From the NCBI GenBank assembly GCA_965202805.1, contig OZ241869.1, forward strand, positions 1,504,001-1,568,000: a stretch of 64,000 bases of DNA, read 5' to 3'. The stretch's first letter is position 1. Every line of letters begins with the position of its first letter. Positions 48,346 to 58,022 of the stretch are shown here, piece after piece. This DNA comes from Longimicrobiales bacterium (GTDB taxonomy: Bacteria > Gemmatimonadota > Gemmatimonadetes > Longimicrobiales > Gaopeijiaceae). The notes beneath the pieces were generated by a model. The model was not told where the DNA came from. It searched no databases and worked only from the letters and a program-made list of their open reading frames with translations. A program made the position numbers and the translations under genes.

Positions 48346-50214
48346 TCAGGAGCCGTCCTCGCCCAGCGCCTGGGCCAGCGCCCCGCGCCCCCCCACGACG
48401 GGCAGCTCGAGGGCGGTTCCCGCCAGGTCGACGGTCAGACGGGTGCCGGGCTCGGGGTGGAGGGTGAAGTCGGCGTCGCTGGAGAAGATCATGAGCCCGA
48501 TACGATGGCCGGCCGGGATGATCTGGTCGTCCGGCTGAAGGTCGAAGGCGAGATCGACGAATTCGCCCGGCACCAGCGGCGTGCTCTCGGTGAGCGAGGC
48601 CGCGTTCTGCGGATCGGCCCAGCCCCGCGTGATCAGGTTGTCGTTGATGGCCGCGCCCTCGGTCCAGGGAAGCGACACCAGCCAGACCGAGAGGTTGGCG
48701 GCGGCGCGGTCGGCGGCGAGGCGGAGTGAAACGCGGGCGACGCCGGACAGGTGCACGCCGTCCGCGAGTTCGGGCGTCGCGAACAGCAACCGGTGCTCCG
48801 AGGCATCCGCCCCCGCCAGGTCGGCGCCGGAGAAGCTCACATCGTCGGTGAGCGATTGCTGCCCGACAGCCGGATCGGGTTCGAGCGATAGCATCCCCTG
48901 CATCCGTCCTTCGCCGGACGGGTGCACGCGCACGGACTCCGCGTCGGGGTGGGGATAGGAGGGATAGGGCGTGGGGCTCAGGCGATCGTCGCCCTCGCGC
49001 ACGATCCAGGCGCCCGGATCGTTCTCCACTCCGTTCTCGATTCCGTACAGATAACGGGAGAACCAGCGGTTCATGAGGGTGAGCGGCGGCTCGCCCCCGT
49101 GGCCCTGCTGGTGATAGTAGACCTGCACCGGCACGCCCCGGTCGGCCAGCGCGGCCACGATCCGGTAGCTGTGCTCGGGCATCACGTTCCAGTCGTTGAA
49201 GCCGTGCGCCATGAGGGTCGGGGCGCGCAAGCCGTCGACGTGGTTGAGGTAGTCGCGGCCCGCCCAGAAGTCGTTGTAGTCCCCCGAGGCGCGGTCGAAG
49301 CGGGCCTGCATGAGGTCGCTGCGCACCGTCCGGTTGCAGTAGTCGCGGCGCTCCATCGGGCCGCTGTTGATGAAGTCGTAGAGGACGTCGATGTCCTCGC
49401 CCGGATAGCCGCCCGGCGACCGCACCAGCCCATGCGATCGGTAGTAGTGGTAGTACGACGTGTTGGGGGCCACCGGAATGATGGCCTCGAGCCCCTCCAC
49501 CCCCGTCGTGGCGGCGGCGAGCGGCAGGGTGCCGTTGTAGGAGGTCCCGATCATGCCCACGCTGCCGGTGGACCAGTACGCGCTCACCTCCTCCCCGCCC
49601 TCGACCTCGGTGAAGCCGCGCGCGCGCCCGTTGAGCCAGTCGATCACCGCCTTGGGCGCCAGCGACTCGTTCTCGCCGCCCACCGTGGGGCAGCCCTGCG
49701 ACTGTCCCGTGCCGGGGGACTGCGAGTGCACCACCGCGAACCCGCGGGGCACCCAGGTGGCGATGTGCGAGTTCGAGATGACCGGCTGCTCCTCCATGTG
49801 GTCCATCGGGGGCATCACGGTGCGCGGCGGAGGCGGCGCGCCCACCTCCTGGCGGATGTCCCAGAAGTAGCTGAAGTCGAGCCCGCCGGTGCCGGAATAG
49901 TACGGGCTGGTCTCGTAGATCACGGCGACCTCGAGCCCGGACTCGGTCGCGGCGGGCCGGGTCACGTCGACATGCACCCGGTCGGAAGTGCCGTCCCCAT
50001 CGGAGTCGAAGTCGGTCTCGACCCAGAGTTCGTGCCGCACCCAGGTGGCCGAATCCGCGAACTCCGGGACGACCTGCGCCTCCCCGTCCTCGAAGACGGG
50101 CCGGGGCCCGTCGTAGCAGGCCGCGGCGGCGAGCAGCGGCAGGCCGCCGGTGAGTGCGCACGTCCGCGCGATGCGGAAGGGATTCGGGCGGGGGACGGGA
50201 GGGTTCTTCTTCAT
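48346..50214 (-). CDS. Xaa-Pro dipeptidyl-peptidase (S15, PepX/CocE family) lipoprotein
   Basis: AAAC lipobox; GTSYNG nucleophile, HGFNDWNV, QGH, ITRGWADPQN. Confidence 0.88.
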   Translation of the reverse strand: MKKNPPVPRPNPFRIARTCALTGGLPLLAAAACYDGPRPVFEDGEAQVVPEFADSATWVRHELWVETDFDSDGDGTSDRVHVDVTRPAATESGLEVAVIYETSPYYSGTGGLDFSYFWDIRQEVGAPPPPRTVMPPMDHMEEQPVISNSHIATWVPRGFAVVHSQSPGTGQSQGCPTVGGENESLAPKAVIDWLNGRARGFTEVEGGEEVSAYWSTGSVGMIGTSYNGTLPLAAATTGVEGLEAIIPVAPNTSYYHYYRSHGLVRSPGGYPGEDIDVLYDFINSGPMERRDYCNRTVRSDLMQARFDRASGDYNDFWAGRDYLNHVDGLRAPTLMAHGFNDWNVMPEHSYRIVAALADRGVPVQVYYHQQGHGGEPPLTLMNRWFSRYLYGIENGVENDPGAWIVREGDDRLSPTPYPSYPHPDAESVRVHPSGEGRMQGMLSLEPDPAVGQQSLTDDVSFSGADLAGADASEHRLLFATPELADGVHLSGVARVSLRLAADRAAANLSVWLVSLPWTEGAAINDNLITRGWADPQNAASLTESTPLVPGEFVDLAFDLQPDDQIIPAGHRIGLMIFSSDADFTLHPEPGTRLTVDLAGTALELPVVGGRGALAQALGEDGS

Positions 50215-50265
50215 GGGCTCGGATCACCGGGGCGAGGGGGACCAGCGGGCCGATGGCCCGAAGAA

Positions 50266-50338
50266 TGGAGCCAGCCGGAATCGAACCGGCGACCTCCTGC
50301 GTGCAAAGCAGGCGCTCTCCCGACTGAGCTATGGCCCC
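50266..50338 (-). tRNA. tRNA-Ala(UGC)
   Basis: GGGGCCATAGCTCAGTCGGGAGAGCGCCTGCTTTGCACGCAGGAGGTCGCCGGTTCGATTCCGGCTGGCTCCA; G3:U70 pair; 3' CCA not encoded. Confidence 0.97.
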
Positions 50339-50546
50339 GTTGCAGAGCTGTGGTCCGGAGTTCGCAGATCTCCGCTCTCCCTGCCCCCGCCTCCAGTCCC
50401 GGGCGTGACCGGCAGGCAGGCGGGAATCTAGGAACGAGCGCCGATCCGTTCCAGTCTCGGGCCTGGGCGCCAGATCCGCGGCCCGGACGCGACGCGTCTC
50501 CGGCGGGGCTGCGCACGGCGTGGCGGGCACGGTATACTCTCGCATC

Positions 50547-51143
50547 ATGAGCGCCCCCCGCACATCCCTTCCGGGAGCCGTCTTCCTCGACCTCTACGGC
50601 ACGGTCGCGCGCGAGGTGGGCTACATCAACCACCCCGACCGCTTCCGCCTGCACGACTTTTCGGGCAAGGCGATCCGGCTGCTCAACCGGGCCGGCTACC
50701 GGGTATTCGTGGCCACCAACCAGTCGGGGATCACGCGCGGGTACTTCACCGAGGACGTGCTGAACGAGGTGCACCGGCGCCTGGTCGACGGTCTGGCGCG
50801 CGAGGGGGCCCGCGTGGAAGCCGTGTACCACTGCCCGCACCTGCCTGCCGAGGGACGGCCGACCGAGTGCGACTGCCGCAAGCCGCTCCCGGGGATGCTC
50901 CACAGGGCTGCGCGCGAGCACTCGGTGGAACTGGCCTCTTCCTGGATGGCCGGGGACATGATTACGGACGTGGAGACCGCACACGCCGCGGGAGCGCGGG
51001 GGATTCTGCTGCGCACCGGCTACGGGCGCGGCCAGATCGAGTACCAGCGCCACCGCTGGCGCGTCGAGCCCGACCTGATCTGCGACGACCTGCTCGCGGC
51101 CGCACACGCGATCGTGGCCGCGCTGCCGCAGGACCCGAGGTGA
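50547..51143 (+). CDS. gmhB: D-glycero-D-manno-heptose-1,7-bisphosphate phosphatase-like (HAD IIIA), altered DxD motif
   Basis: ATNQSGI, HCPH...CDCRKPLPGM, MAGD; motif I reads FLDLYGT. Confidence 0.85.
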   Translation: MSAPRTSLPGAVFLDLYGTVAREVGYINHPDRFRLHDFSGKAIRLLNRAGYRVFVATNQSGITRGYFTEDVLNEVHRRLVDGLAREGARVEAVYHCPHLPAEGRPTECDCRKPLPGMLHRAAREHSVELASSWMAGDMITDVETAHAAGARGILLRTGYGRGQIEYQRHRWRVEPDLICDDLLAAAHAIVAALPQDPR

Positions 51144-51150
51144 GGAGGAC

Positions 51151-52161
51151 ATGGACTCCGGCGATCAACTGAAGCGCCCGCGGGCGCAGGCGCTGAACGG
51201 CCTCGACGCACTTGCCGGACGCCGCATCCTGGTGGCGGGCGACTTTCTGCTCGACCGCTATCTCGTGGGACGGCCGACGCGCCTCTCCCGCGAGGCTCCC
51301 GTGGTCATCATCGAACAGGAGGATGACGATGTGAACCCGGGGGGCGCGGGGAACGCCACCCGCAACGTGCGCGCGCTGGGCGGGGAGCCGATCCCGCTGG
51401 GGCTGGTGGGAAAGGACCGGGAGGGAGATCAGGTGGTCGAACTGCTGCGGGCGGGCGGCATCGACACGCGCGGGATTCTTCGTGACCCGGAGCGCCGCAC
51501 CGTCACCAAAACCCGGATCCTCGCGGGAGCCGCCAATGCTGCCAAGCAGCAGGTGTTGCGGATCGACCAGGGCGGGGAATACGGCGCGAGCCGGATCGAC
51601 CGCCTCGTCCGGCGCGCGCGGGCACTGCTCCCCGAGGTGGACGCGGTGCTGCTCTCGGACTACGGGTACTCGACGCTGGCGCCACCGGTGCGTTCCTCCC
51701 TGATCGAAGGGGCGCGCGCGCGCGGCATCCCTTCGTGCGCGGATTCGCGCTACCGGCTGTCCGAGTTCCGGGGCGTCACAGTGGCGACCCCGAACGAGGA
51801 GGAGCTGGCTGCGGTCCTGGGACGCGTCCTGCGCGGTGACTCGGACGTGGCCACGGCGGGGCGGGAGCTCCTGAGCCGCCTCGATTCGCGCGCCATGGTG
51901 GTCACGCGCGGAAGCCGGGGGATGACCGTCTTCGAGGGCACGGGACACTGCCGGAACATCCCGCCCGCCCGCCGGGGAGAGGTGGCGGATGTGACCGGCG
52001 CGGGCGACACCGTGGCGAGCGCGCTGGTACTGGCGCTCGCAGCGGGGTTCGAAACCCTCAGCGCGGCGGTGCTCGCCAATGCGGCCGCTTCGGTGGTCGT
52101 CGGACGGCGGGGGGCCGCGACGGCCGGGCCCGCAGAAGTGGCTCGGGCGTTGCGGGCCTGA
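51151..52161 (+). CDS. hldA: D-glycero-D-manno-heptose-7-phosphate kinase (stand-alone RfaE/HldE domain I)
   Basis: GDFLLDRY, RLSREAPV, GGAGN, TVTKTR, LSDYG, TPNEEE, DVTGAGDTV. Confidence 0.85.
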   Translation: MDSGDQLKRPRAQALNGLDALAGRRILVAGDFLLDRYLVGRPTRLSREAPVVIIEQEDDDVNPGGAGNATRNVRALGGEPIPLGLVGKDREGDQVVELLRAGGIDTRGILRDPERRTVTKTRILAGAANAAKQQVLRIDQGGEYGASRIDRLVRRARALLPEVDAVLLSDYGYSTLAPPVRSSLIEGARARGIPSCADSRYRLSEFRGVTVATPNEEELAAVLGRVLRGDSDVATAGRELLSRLDSRAMVVTRGSRGMTVFEGTGHCRNIPPARRGEVADVTGAGDTVASALVLALAAGFETLSAAVLANAAASVVVGRRGAATAGPAEVARALRA

Positions 52162-52179
52162 TCGGAATCGTCTCGTATG

Positions 52180-52202
52180 GACTTAGTCCACTGGACTAAG
52201 TC
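52180..52202. repeat. Perfect nested palindrome between convergent genes
   Basis: GACTTAGTCCA-C-TGGACTAAGTC. Confidence 0.8.
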
Positions 52203-52281
52203 TAATGCGTGCGTGGCGCGGAGTCCCAACACCAGGGGCGGACGGCAGCCAGAGCAGCGGGGCCGTGGCGCACCACCGCCC

Positions 52282-52698
52282 TCACAGCATGATCACGACG
52301 ACGAGCGCCTCCCACAGGGGCGTGGCGGGCGACGAGACGACTCCATCGATGTGATCCCCGTGCCATCTGAAGCCGCAAGGGAGGGAGGATCCTTCGACCG
52401 GATCGATGCTCATGTAGGGGCTTTCCGCATTCTCCCGGACGTAGCAGCCGATCCACATCCAGGGGACACGGTCCATGTCTCCGGCTTCCGGAAAAAGATG
52501 TCCGATGCCGATCCCGGCCCGGCTGAGCTGCCCCTTGAAGGCGTAGCGGAAGCCGACGAAATCCGCGGGGCCTTCGTATCCCGCCGGCACAGCGGCGGGC
52601 TCGAGATCCCCGGATACCCGCGGGATGTCCTGGGACCCCGCAGGATCCTCGCCACAGGCAACAGCCAGCAGCAGGACGACGGTCCAGATCCTCCTCAC
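52282..52698 (-). CDS. Hypothetical lipoprotein
   Basis: GTG start overlapping the amidase stop; [15 protein letters not shown] lipobox. Confidence 0.65.
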   Translation of the reverse strand: MRRIWTVVLLLAVACGEDPAGSQDIPRVSGDLEPAAVPAGYEGPADFVGFRYAFKGQLSRAGIGIGHLFPEAGDMDRVPWMWIGCYVRENAESPYMSIDPVEGSSLPCGFRWHGDHIDGVVSSPATPLWEALVVVIML

Positions 52699-54422
52699 GC
52701 CTCCACCGCCCGGGCCGCGCGCACGAGCGTGGCCTCGTCCCAGGGCTTCGCCACGAGCTGCACCGCGAGCGGCAGGCCGTGTTCGCCATCGCCGCAGGGT
52801 ACGCTGATCGCGGGCCAGCCGAGCGCGTTGAACAGATTCGTGAGGTCGGTGGAGGCGGGCATATCCAATAATGGGGCCACACCGGGCTGACAGGGCAAGC
52901 TCAGCAGGTCGACGTGGCGGCACGCGGCATCCCACCGCCCCCGGATCCAGTGCCTGAGCCGCTGCGCCCCGAGAAAGTCCTGGGCCGAGAAGGTGAAGGC
53001 GGCCACCAGGCGACCACGACAGAACTCGCCGTAGTCGTCGTAGTGCGCCCTCAGCAACGGCGCGTGATGCGCGGCGGCCTCCACGCCCAGCGTGAGCACG
53101 GCAACCTGACGCAGCATGTGGATCTCGTCGAGGTCGACCTCCACCAGGGTTGCGCCGGCCCGCTCCAGCGCACGGTTGGCGCGCGCCCAGGAACGCGAGG
53201 CTGCATCCTGAAGGGGCGCGCCGAGATGCAGGTCCCCGGGCACGCCGACGCGCAGACCGGACAAGCCGGCGCGCGAACGGCGCGGGCCTCCCACCGGGTC
53301 GCCGGTCAAGTCGGCCGCCACGAGAGGCGGGGCCGGTAGCGTGCGCGCGTCGCGCGGGTCGAGTCCCGCGATGGCGCCGAGCACGAGCGCGGCATCCTCG
53401 ACGCTGCGCGCGAGGGGGCCCACATGGTCGAGGGACCAGGCCAGCGTCGCGCAACCGTAGAGGCTCGCGCGCCCGAAGGTGGGCTTGAGCCCCACCACCC
53501 CGCACAGCGCCGCCGGGATGCGGATCGAACCCCCCGTGTCCGTGCCCAGGGCCGCGTACACCATGCCGCGCGCCACCGCCGCCGCCGACCCGCTGCTCGA
53601 CCCGCCCGCGTCGCGGGTGGGGTCGCGGGGGTTCGGGGTGGGGCCGTAGTGGGGGTTGGTCGACCCCGGCCAGTACGCGAATTCCGAAAGCCGGGTCTTG
53701 CCCACGATGACCGCCCCCGCCGCGCGCAGGTGCTCCACCGCGGCCGCGTCGTGGCCGGTGACGTGTTCCGCAAGGATTCTCGATCCGGAGGTGGTGACCG
53801 TGTCCCTCATGGCCAGGAGATCCTTGACCGCGACGGGAACCCCGTGCAGCGGTCCGCGCCATCTGCCGCCCGCCACCTCATCCTCCGCGCGACGCGCCGC
53901 CGCCCGCGCCTCCTCCGCAAGCACCAGTTGAAAGGCGTTGGCCCGGCCGTCGTCCTCCTCGATCCGGGTGAGCGCATGCTCGGTCAGTTCTACGGGCGAG
54001 ACCGCACCGGCGCGTACCAGTGGCGCAAGCTCGGCGATGGTCGCGGGCCAGCGCTCGCGACCGTCCCACCCCGGCGGCGAGGGTCGCAGATGCATTTGCG
54101 CGGCCTTTCCCGTGTCGGTGTCCCGTGCTTCATGGCACGCGGAGTCGGCTCCAGCGCGAGCGGCTGTCGGGGGCGTCCCCGCAGCCAAGCCCTTGGCCGG
54201 CTCGTCATCCCCCGGAGCATCGGGTCCGGCAAGCGACCATCCCGACAGGTAGTCCGGAATGCAGTCGTCCCCCGCCGCGAGGAAGGCGCGAAAGACGGCC
54301 GCCCGGTCCGTAATGCCCTCCGCCACCACCCGCTCGATGTCCTCCTCCCGGGCCGGAATGCCCGCCGCGCGCAGGTTCGCCCGCAGACCCTGTACGGCGA
54401 GGTCCCTATCGCGTGAAGACAC
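52695..54422 (-). CDS. Amidase-signature family (GatA/AtzE-like) enzyme
   Basis: [39 protein letters not shown]. Confidence 0.9.
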   Translation of the reverse strand: MSSRDRDLAVQGLRANLRAAGIPAREEDIERVVAEGITDRAAVFRAFLAAGDDCIPDYLSGWSLAGPDAPGDDEPAKGLAAGTPPTAARAGADSACHEARDTDTGKAAQMHLRPSPPGWDGRERWPATIAELAPLVRAGAVSPVELTEHALTRIEEDDGRANAFQLVLAEEARAAARRAEDEVAGGRWRGPLHGVPVAVKDLLAMRDTVTTSGSRILAEHVTGHDAAAVEHLRAAGAVIVGKTRLSEFAYWPGSTNPHYGPTPNPRDPTRDAGGSSSGSAAAVARGMVYAALGTDTGGSIRIPAALCGVVGLKPTFGRASLYGCATLAWSLDHVGPLARSVEDAALVLGAIAGLDPRDARTLPAPPLVAADLTGDPVGGPRRSRAGLSGLRVGVPGDLHLGAPLQDAASRSWARANRALERAGATLVEVDLDEIHMLRQVAVLTLGVEAAAHHAPLLRAHYDDYGEFCRGRLVAAFTFSAQDFLGAQRLRHWIRGRWDAACRHVDLLSLPCQPGVAPLLDMPASTDLTNLFNALGWPAISVPCGDGEHGLPLAVQLVAKPWDEATLVRAARAVEA

Positions 54423-55326
54423 TGCGGACGACGAAACCCAGGTTGGCGGGCCGCTCCGCCAGACGACGCATGTACCACGGATACCAGTGCGGCCCGTAGC
54501 TGATGAGCACCCGCACGGGGATCCCCCGGCGCCTCAGCGCCAGTTGCTCGCGCGCCCGGATCCCGTAGAGCATCTGCACCTCGACCGCGTCCGCGGGCAA
54601 GCCCATCTCCCGTGCTTCGTCCAGGATGCGGCCGAGCACGACGGTGTCGTGGGTTGCGAGCCCGTGGGGCGCGGCGGGATTCGCGTTCTCGAGCATCATC
54701 CGGGTCAGGACCATGAAGTTCTCGTCCACATCCGGCTTGCGGGGCCAGGCGATGTCGGCCGGTTCCTGATAGGCTCCCTTCACCAGCCGCAGACGGGCGC
54801 CCAGCGCGAGCAGCCGCTCGACGTCCGCGGCCGTGCGGTACAGGTAGGCCTGTACGCAGAGGCCGAGGTTGGGATGTCGGGCCAGCGTGGCGGTGAAGAT
54901 GTCCAGCGTCTCGTCGAGATAGGGCGACGCCTCCATGTCCACCCAGACGACGTTCCCATGCTCCGCCGCCGCAGCCGCCAGCCGTTCCAGATTGGCCTGC
55001 GCCACTTCGTGCCCCAGGTCCTGGCCAAGCTGGGTCAGCTTGATGGAGATCTGGCTGCTGAGCTCCCTTTCGGCGATGCGTCCCAGCAATCGCAGATAGT
55101 GTTGCACGACGTCCTCGATCTCGTCCCGGTCGTCAAGGGCTTCGCCGAGCTTTGTGAATACCGTCGAGATGTCGTGCTCGCCGAGTCGCCGGGCGGCCTC
55201 GAGCGCCGCGTTCGCGGTCTCGCCCGGCATGAAGCGCGAGACCGCCCGGCGGGCGAACGCGCGACGCCGCATCTGGCGCTCCAGCCACGCGTTCTCGGAG
55301 GCCCAGAGCAGAGCCTGGCGCAGCAT
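54406..55326 (-). CDS. Monofunctional proline dehydrogenase
   Basis: RFMPGE, SIKLTQLG, VDME, QAYLYRT, RLVKGAY, ATHD, QMLYGIR, YMRRLAERPAN. Confidence 0.93.
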   Translation of the reverse strand: MLRQALLWASENAWLERQMRRRAFARRAVSRFMPGETANAALEAARRLGEHDISTVFTKLGEALDDRDEIEDVVQHYLRLLGRIAERELSSQISIKLTQLGQDLGHEVAQANLERLAAAAAEHGNVVWVDMEASPYLDETLDIFTATLARHPNLGLCVQAYLYRTAADVERLLALGARLRLVKGAYQEPADIAWPRKPDVDENFMVLTRMMLENANPAAPHGLATHDTVVLGRILDEAREMGLPADAVEVQMLYGIRAREQLALRRRGIPVRVLISYGPHWYPWYMRRLAERPANLGFVVRSVFTR

Positions 55327-55636
55327 GGTCAGTTCGACTCCCGGGTTTGCGCGCAGCGAGGTCGCGGCGCGGGATCGGCTTCGTCGGGCACCCTGGTCAC
55401 CTCCTGATGTGGCGCGAAGGTGAGGCAGTATACGCCGGCTTGTCAGGTCGGCCAAGTCAGCTGCCCTGGGTTCTTCACCTCTCCGGCACCATTCGTGCAA
55501 GCTCCCTGCAATAGACGTGTGTCGGACTGATGCGGAGCGCCGGTTGTCTTCGGATCAGGTTGCCAGACCGTGTCCGCAAGAGACATCGACGCTCCCCGGA
55601 AGTCGTGAACATTCACCGAAACCACAGGGAGCCAGA

Positions 55637-57019
55637 ATGATGACATTTGCCAGACGACTCGCGATCAACGCACTCGCTGGAGCCGTGATACTCGGAGCAT
55701 GCGACGACGACGAGGTTACGCCGGTCGAACCACCGGCAGCCGAGGCGACCACGTTCGAGGTCACCATCGAGAACGTCTCCACATCCTACGATTTCCTCGG
55801 GTCCGGCGTATTCGCCATCCCCGACGGTGCGGACGCGCCCGGTCCGCTTCATGCGGGCGAGGACTACCATTTCGACTTCGCGGCCGCGCCCGGCATGTAC
55901 CTTTCCTTCGCAACCATGTTCGTGCATTCGAACGACTACTTCTACGCGCCCGGCGGCCGTGGAATCCCCCTTTACGAAGCCGATGGCATCCCGATGGAGG
56001 GCGACCTGACGGACCAGGTCATGCTCTGGGACGCCGGGACTGAAGCCAACCAGGAGCCCGGATCCGGAGTCGATCAGGCACCGCGGCAGACGGGGCTCGA
56101 TACAGGTGATGCCGATCCTGACAACACGGTGCGGCTGGTGACCGACATGTTCGGGAATCTGCCGGACGTGGCCGACGTCATCCAGGTCACGCTGGAGGCG
56201 AAGGGCCGTGGCATGTTCCATCTTCGCATCAGGAACGTCAGCAACGAGACCACGCTGACGACCACGGACATGATGGTCCTTCCGGACGTCCCGCTCGCGC
56301 CGGGCGTGTGGGTGGTGCACAGCGAGCGGGATCCGATCTTCACGGAGGGCGAGGCGGACCGCGGGGAGGGTCTCGAGGGACTTGCCGAAGACGGCACCGC
56401 GGGCGAGCTGGCCGAAGCCCTGACAGCGCGCACCGGACTGACCAGCCCGATCGCACCAGGTGTCTTCGCGGTTCACACCGGCGCGGGCGTCCTCTTCGAT
56501 GATGGAGCGGCGGCGAGCGACGGCATGGAATCCCTCGCCGAGGACGGTGAACCGGAGAGGCTCGCCGACGAGCTGGCAGCCCTGGACGGAGTGGCGTCGG
56601 GGGCCTTCGCCACGCCCGTGGGAGGGGATGCTCCCGCTCCGGCATTCCCCGGTGAGAGCTACACCTTCACCTTCGAGGCGAACCCGGGCGACTACCTCTC
56701 CTTCGCCACCATGCTGGTCCAGTCCAACGACCTCTTCTTCGCACCCGACGAGCGCGGCGTCGGCCTTTTCGGCGCTGGCGACGAGCCCATCAGCGGCGAC
56801 GTCACCGACGAAGTCCAGCTGTGGGATGCGGGCACCGAGGTCAACGAGCCGCCGGGCGCCGGTCCCAACCAGGCGCCGCGTCAGGCCGGCCCGGATACCG
56901 GAGACGCCGAAGAGGGCGGTACAGTCCACGAGGTCGACGTGATGATGTCCGCCGACGGGTTCCATTACCCCGCCATCGCCGATGTCATCCGGGTGACGAT
57001 TCGTGCCCTGAGCAACTGA
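55637..57019 (+). CDS. Spondin_N-domain lipoprotein (tandem domains)
   Basis: LGAC lipobox; twice LSFATM..SND.F.AP...LWDAGTE.N..PG.G..QAPRQ; LAEDG. Confidence 0.85.
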   Translation: MMTFARRLAINALAGAVILGACDDDEVTPVEPPAAEATTFEVTIENVSTSYDFLGSGVFAIPDGADAPGPLHAGEDYHFDFAAAPGMYLSFATMFVHSNDYFYAPGGRGIPLYEADGIPMEGDLTDQVMLWDAGTEANQEPGSGVDQAPRQTGLDTGDADPDNTVRLVTDMFGNLPDVADVIQVTLEAKGRGMFHLRIRNVSNETTLTTTDMMVLPDVPLAPGVWVVHSERDPIFTEGEADRGEGLEGLAEDGTAGELAEALTARTGLTSPIAPGVFAVHTGAGVLFDDGAAASDGMESLAEDGEPERLADELAALDGVASGAFATPVGGDAPAPAFPGESYTFTFEANPGDYLSFATMLVQSNDLFFAPDERGVGLFGAGDEPISGDVTDEVQLWDAGTEVNEPPGAGPNQAPRQAGPDTGDAEEGGTVHEVDVMMSADGFHYPAIADVIRVTIRALSN

Positions 57020-57060
57020 TCCCTGAACGATTCCGCCGCCAACGTCGCCGGGAATCCATC

Positions 57061-57100
57061 CGGCCGGCCGTCCCGGGGCTTCCGGGGCGGCCGGCCGTTT
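57061..57100 (+). terminator. Probable intrinsic terminator after the spondin gene
   Basis: 16-bp GC stem cggccggccgtcccgg/ccggggcggccggccg, 5-nt loop, then TTT. Confidence 0.6.
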
Positions 57101-57208
57101 CCCGCGGTGCGGACCGCGCCTCTGTCCCCGCGTCACGCCTCCCCCCGAGTGCGGGTCCCCCTCCACGCTCATCTGGAGCCGTGACCCGTCTCCGCATACG
57201 TTGGGGCC

Positions 57209-57973
57209 ATGTTCAGGACCCTGCTTCTCGAAGAGATGACCTGGCCCGAGGTGGAGGCGGCGCTGGCCGACGGGTACACGTCGGTCGTGGTGGCCGCGGG
57301 CGCGATCGAGCAGCACGGCAGGCACCTGCCGCTGCTGGTGGATGCGGCGCGCGGCGACCGGCTGGCGCTCGAGGTGGCGCGCCGCCTGGGGCGCAGCCTT
57401 GTGGGGCCCACGATCCGCGTGGGCTGCTCCGAGCACCACATGGGCTTCCCGGGCACGATTTCGCTCCGTGGTGACACCTTCAAGGCGGTTTGCCTCGACT
57501 ACGTGACCAGCCTCGCGCGCCACGGCTTCCGCACCGTGTACCTGGTGCCGTCCCATGGGGGCAACTTCGCGCCCCTCGCGACCATGCTGGAGGAGCTTCG
57601 GACCGCGGGCGCGCCCGAGTGCGAGGTGTACGCCTACACCGACCTGATGGAGTTCGTGGGTTTGTGGGTGGGAGCGGTGCGGGAGGTGGCGCCCGAACTC
57701 ACCCGGCGGGTGGGCGGGCACGCCGACATCGCGGAAAGTTCGGAGATGCTCTGCATCCGGCCCGACCTGGTGCGGGAGGAGCTGGCTGAGGCGGGGTATG
57801 TCGGCGGCTTCGACGCGGCGCTGGCGGAGCGGATCTTCGGGGAGGGGTTGCGCGCGGTCACTGCCAACGGAGTACTGGGAGACCCCCGCGGGATGAGCCG
57901 CGAGATCGGGGAGCGGTGCATCGCGCGGGCGGCCGAAGGAATTGTGGCGGCGTTCCGGGCCGTCCGTGGATGA
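57209..57973 (+). CDS. Creatininase-family amidohydrolase
   Basis: EEMTWPE, GAIEQHGRHLP, SEHHMGFPGT, HGGN, GHADIAES. Confidence 0.9.
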   Translation: MFRTLLLEEMTWPEVEAALADGYTSVVVAAGAIEQHGRHLPLLVDAARGDRLALEVARRLGRSLVGPTIRVGCSEHHMGFPGTISLRGDTFKAVCLDYVTSLARHGFRTVYLVPSHGGNFAPLATMLEELRTAGAPECEVYAYTDLMEFVGLWVGAVREVAPELTRRVGGHADIAESSEMLCIRPDLVREELAEAGYVGGFDAALAERIFGEGLRAVTANGVLGDPRGMSREIGERCIARAAEGIVAAFRAVRG

Positions 57974-58022
57974 ATCCGCGCGCGTACTGCGAGAGGCGGG
58001 TTCGTCCGGGGGCTGCCGCGGG

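Noticed and set aside
36958..50338. tRNA-Ala-anchored integrative element
   Set aside because: No integrase, no duplicated tRNA 3' end seen, and ordinary genes lie between the island and the tRNA.
52695..54422. gatA
   Set aside because: No gatB/gatC adjacent; only generic amidase motifs.
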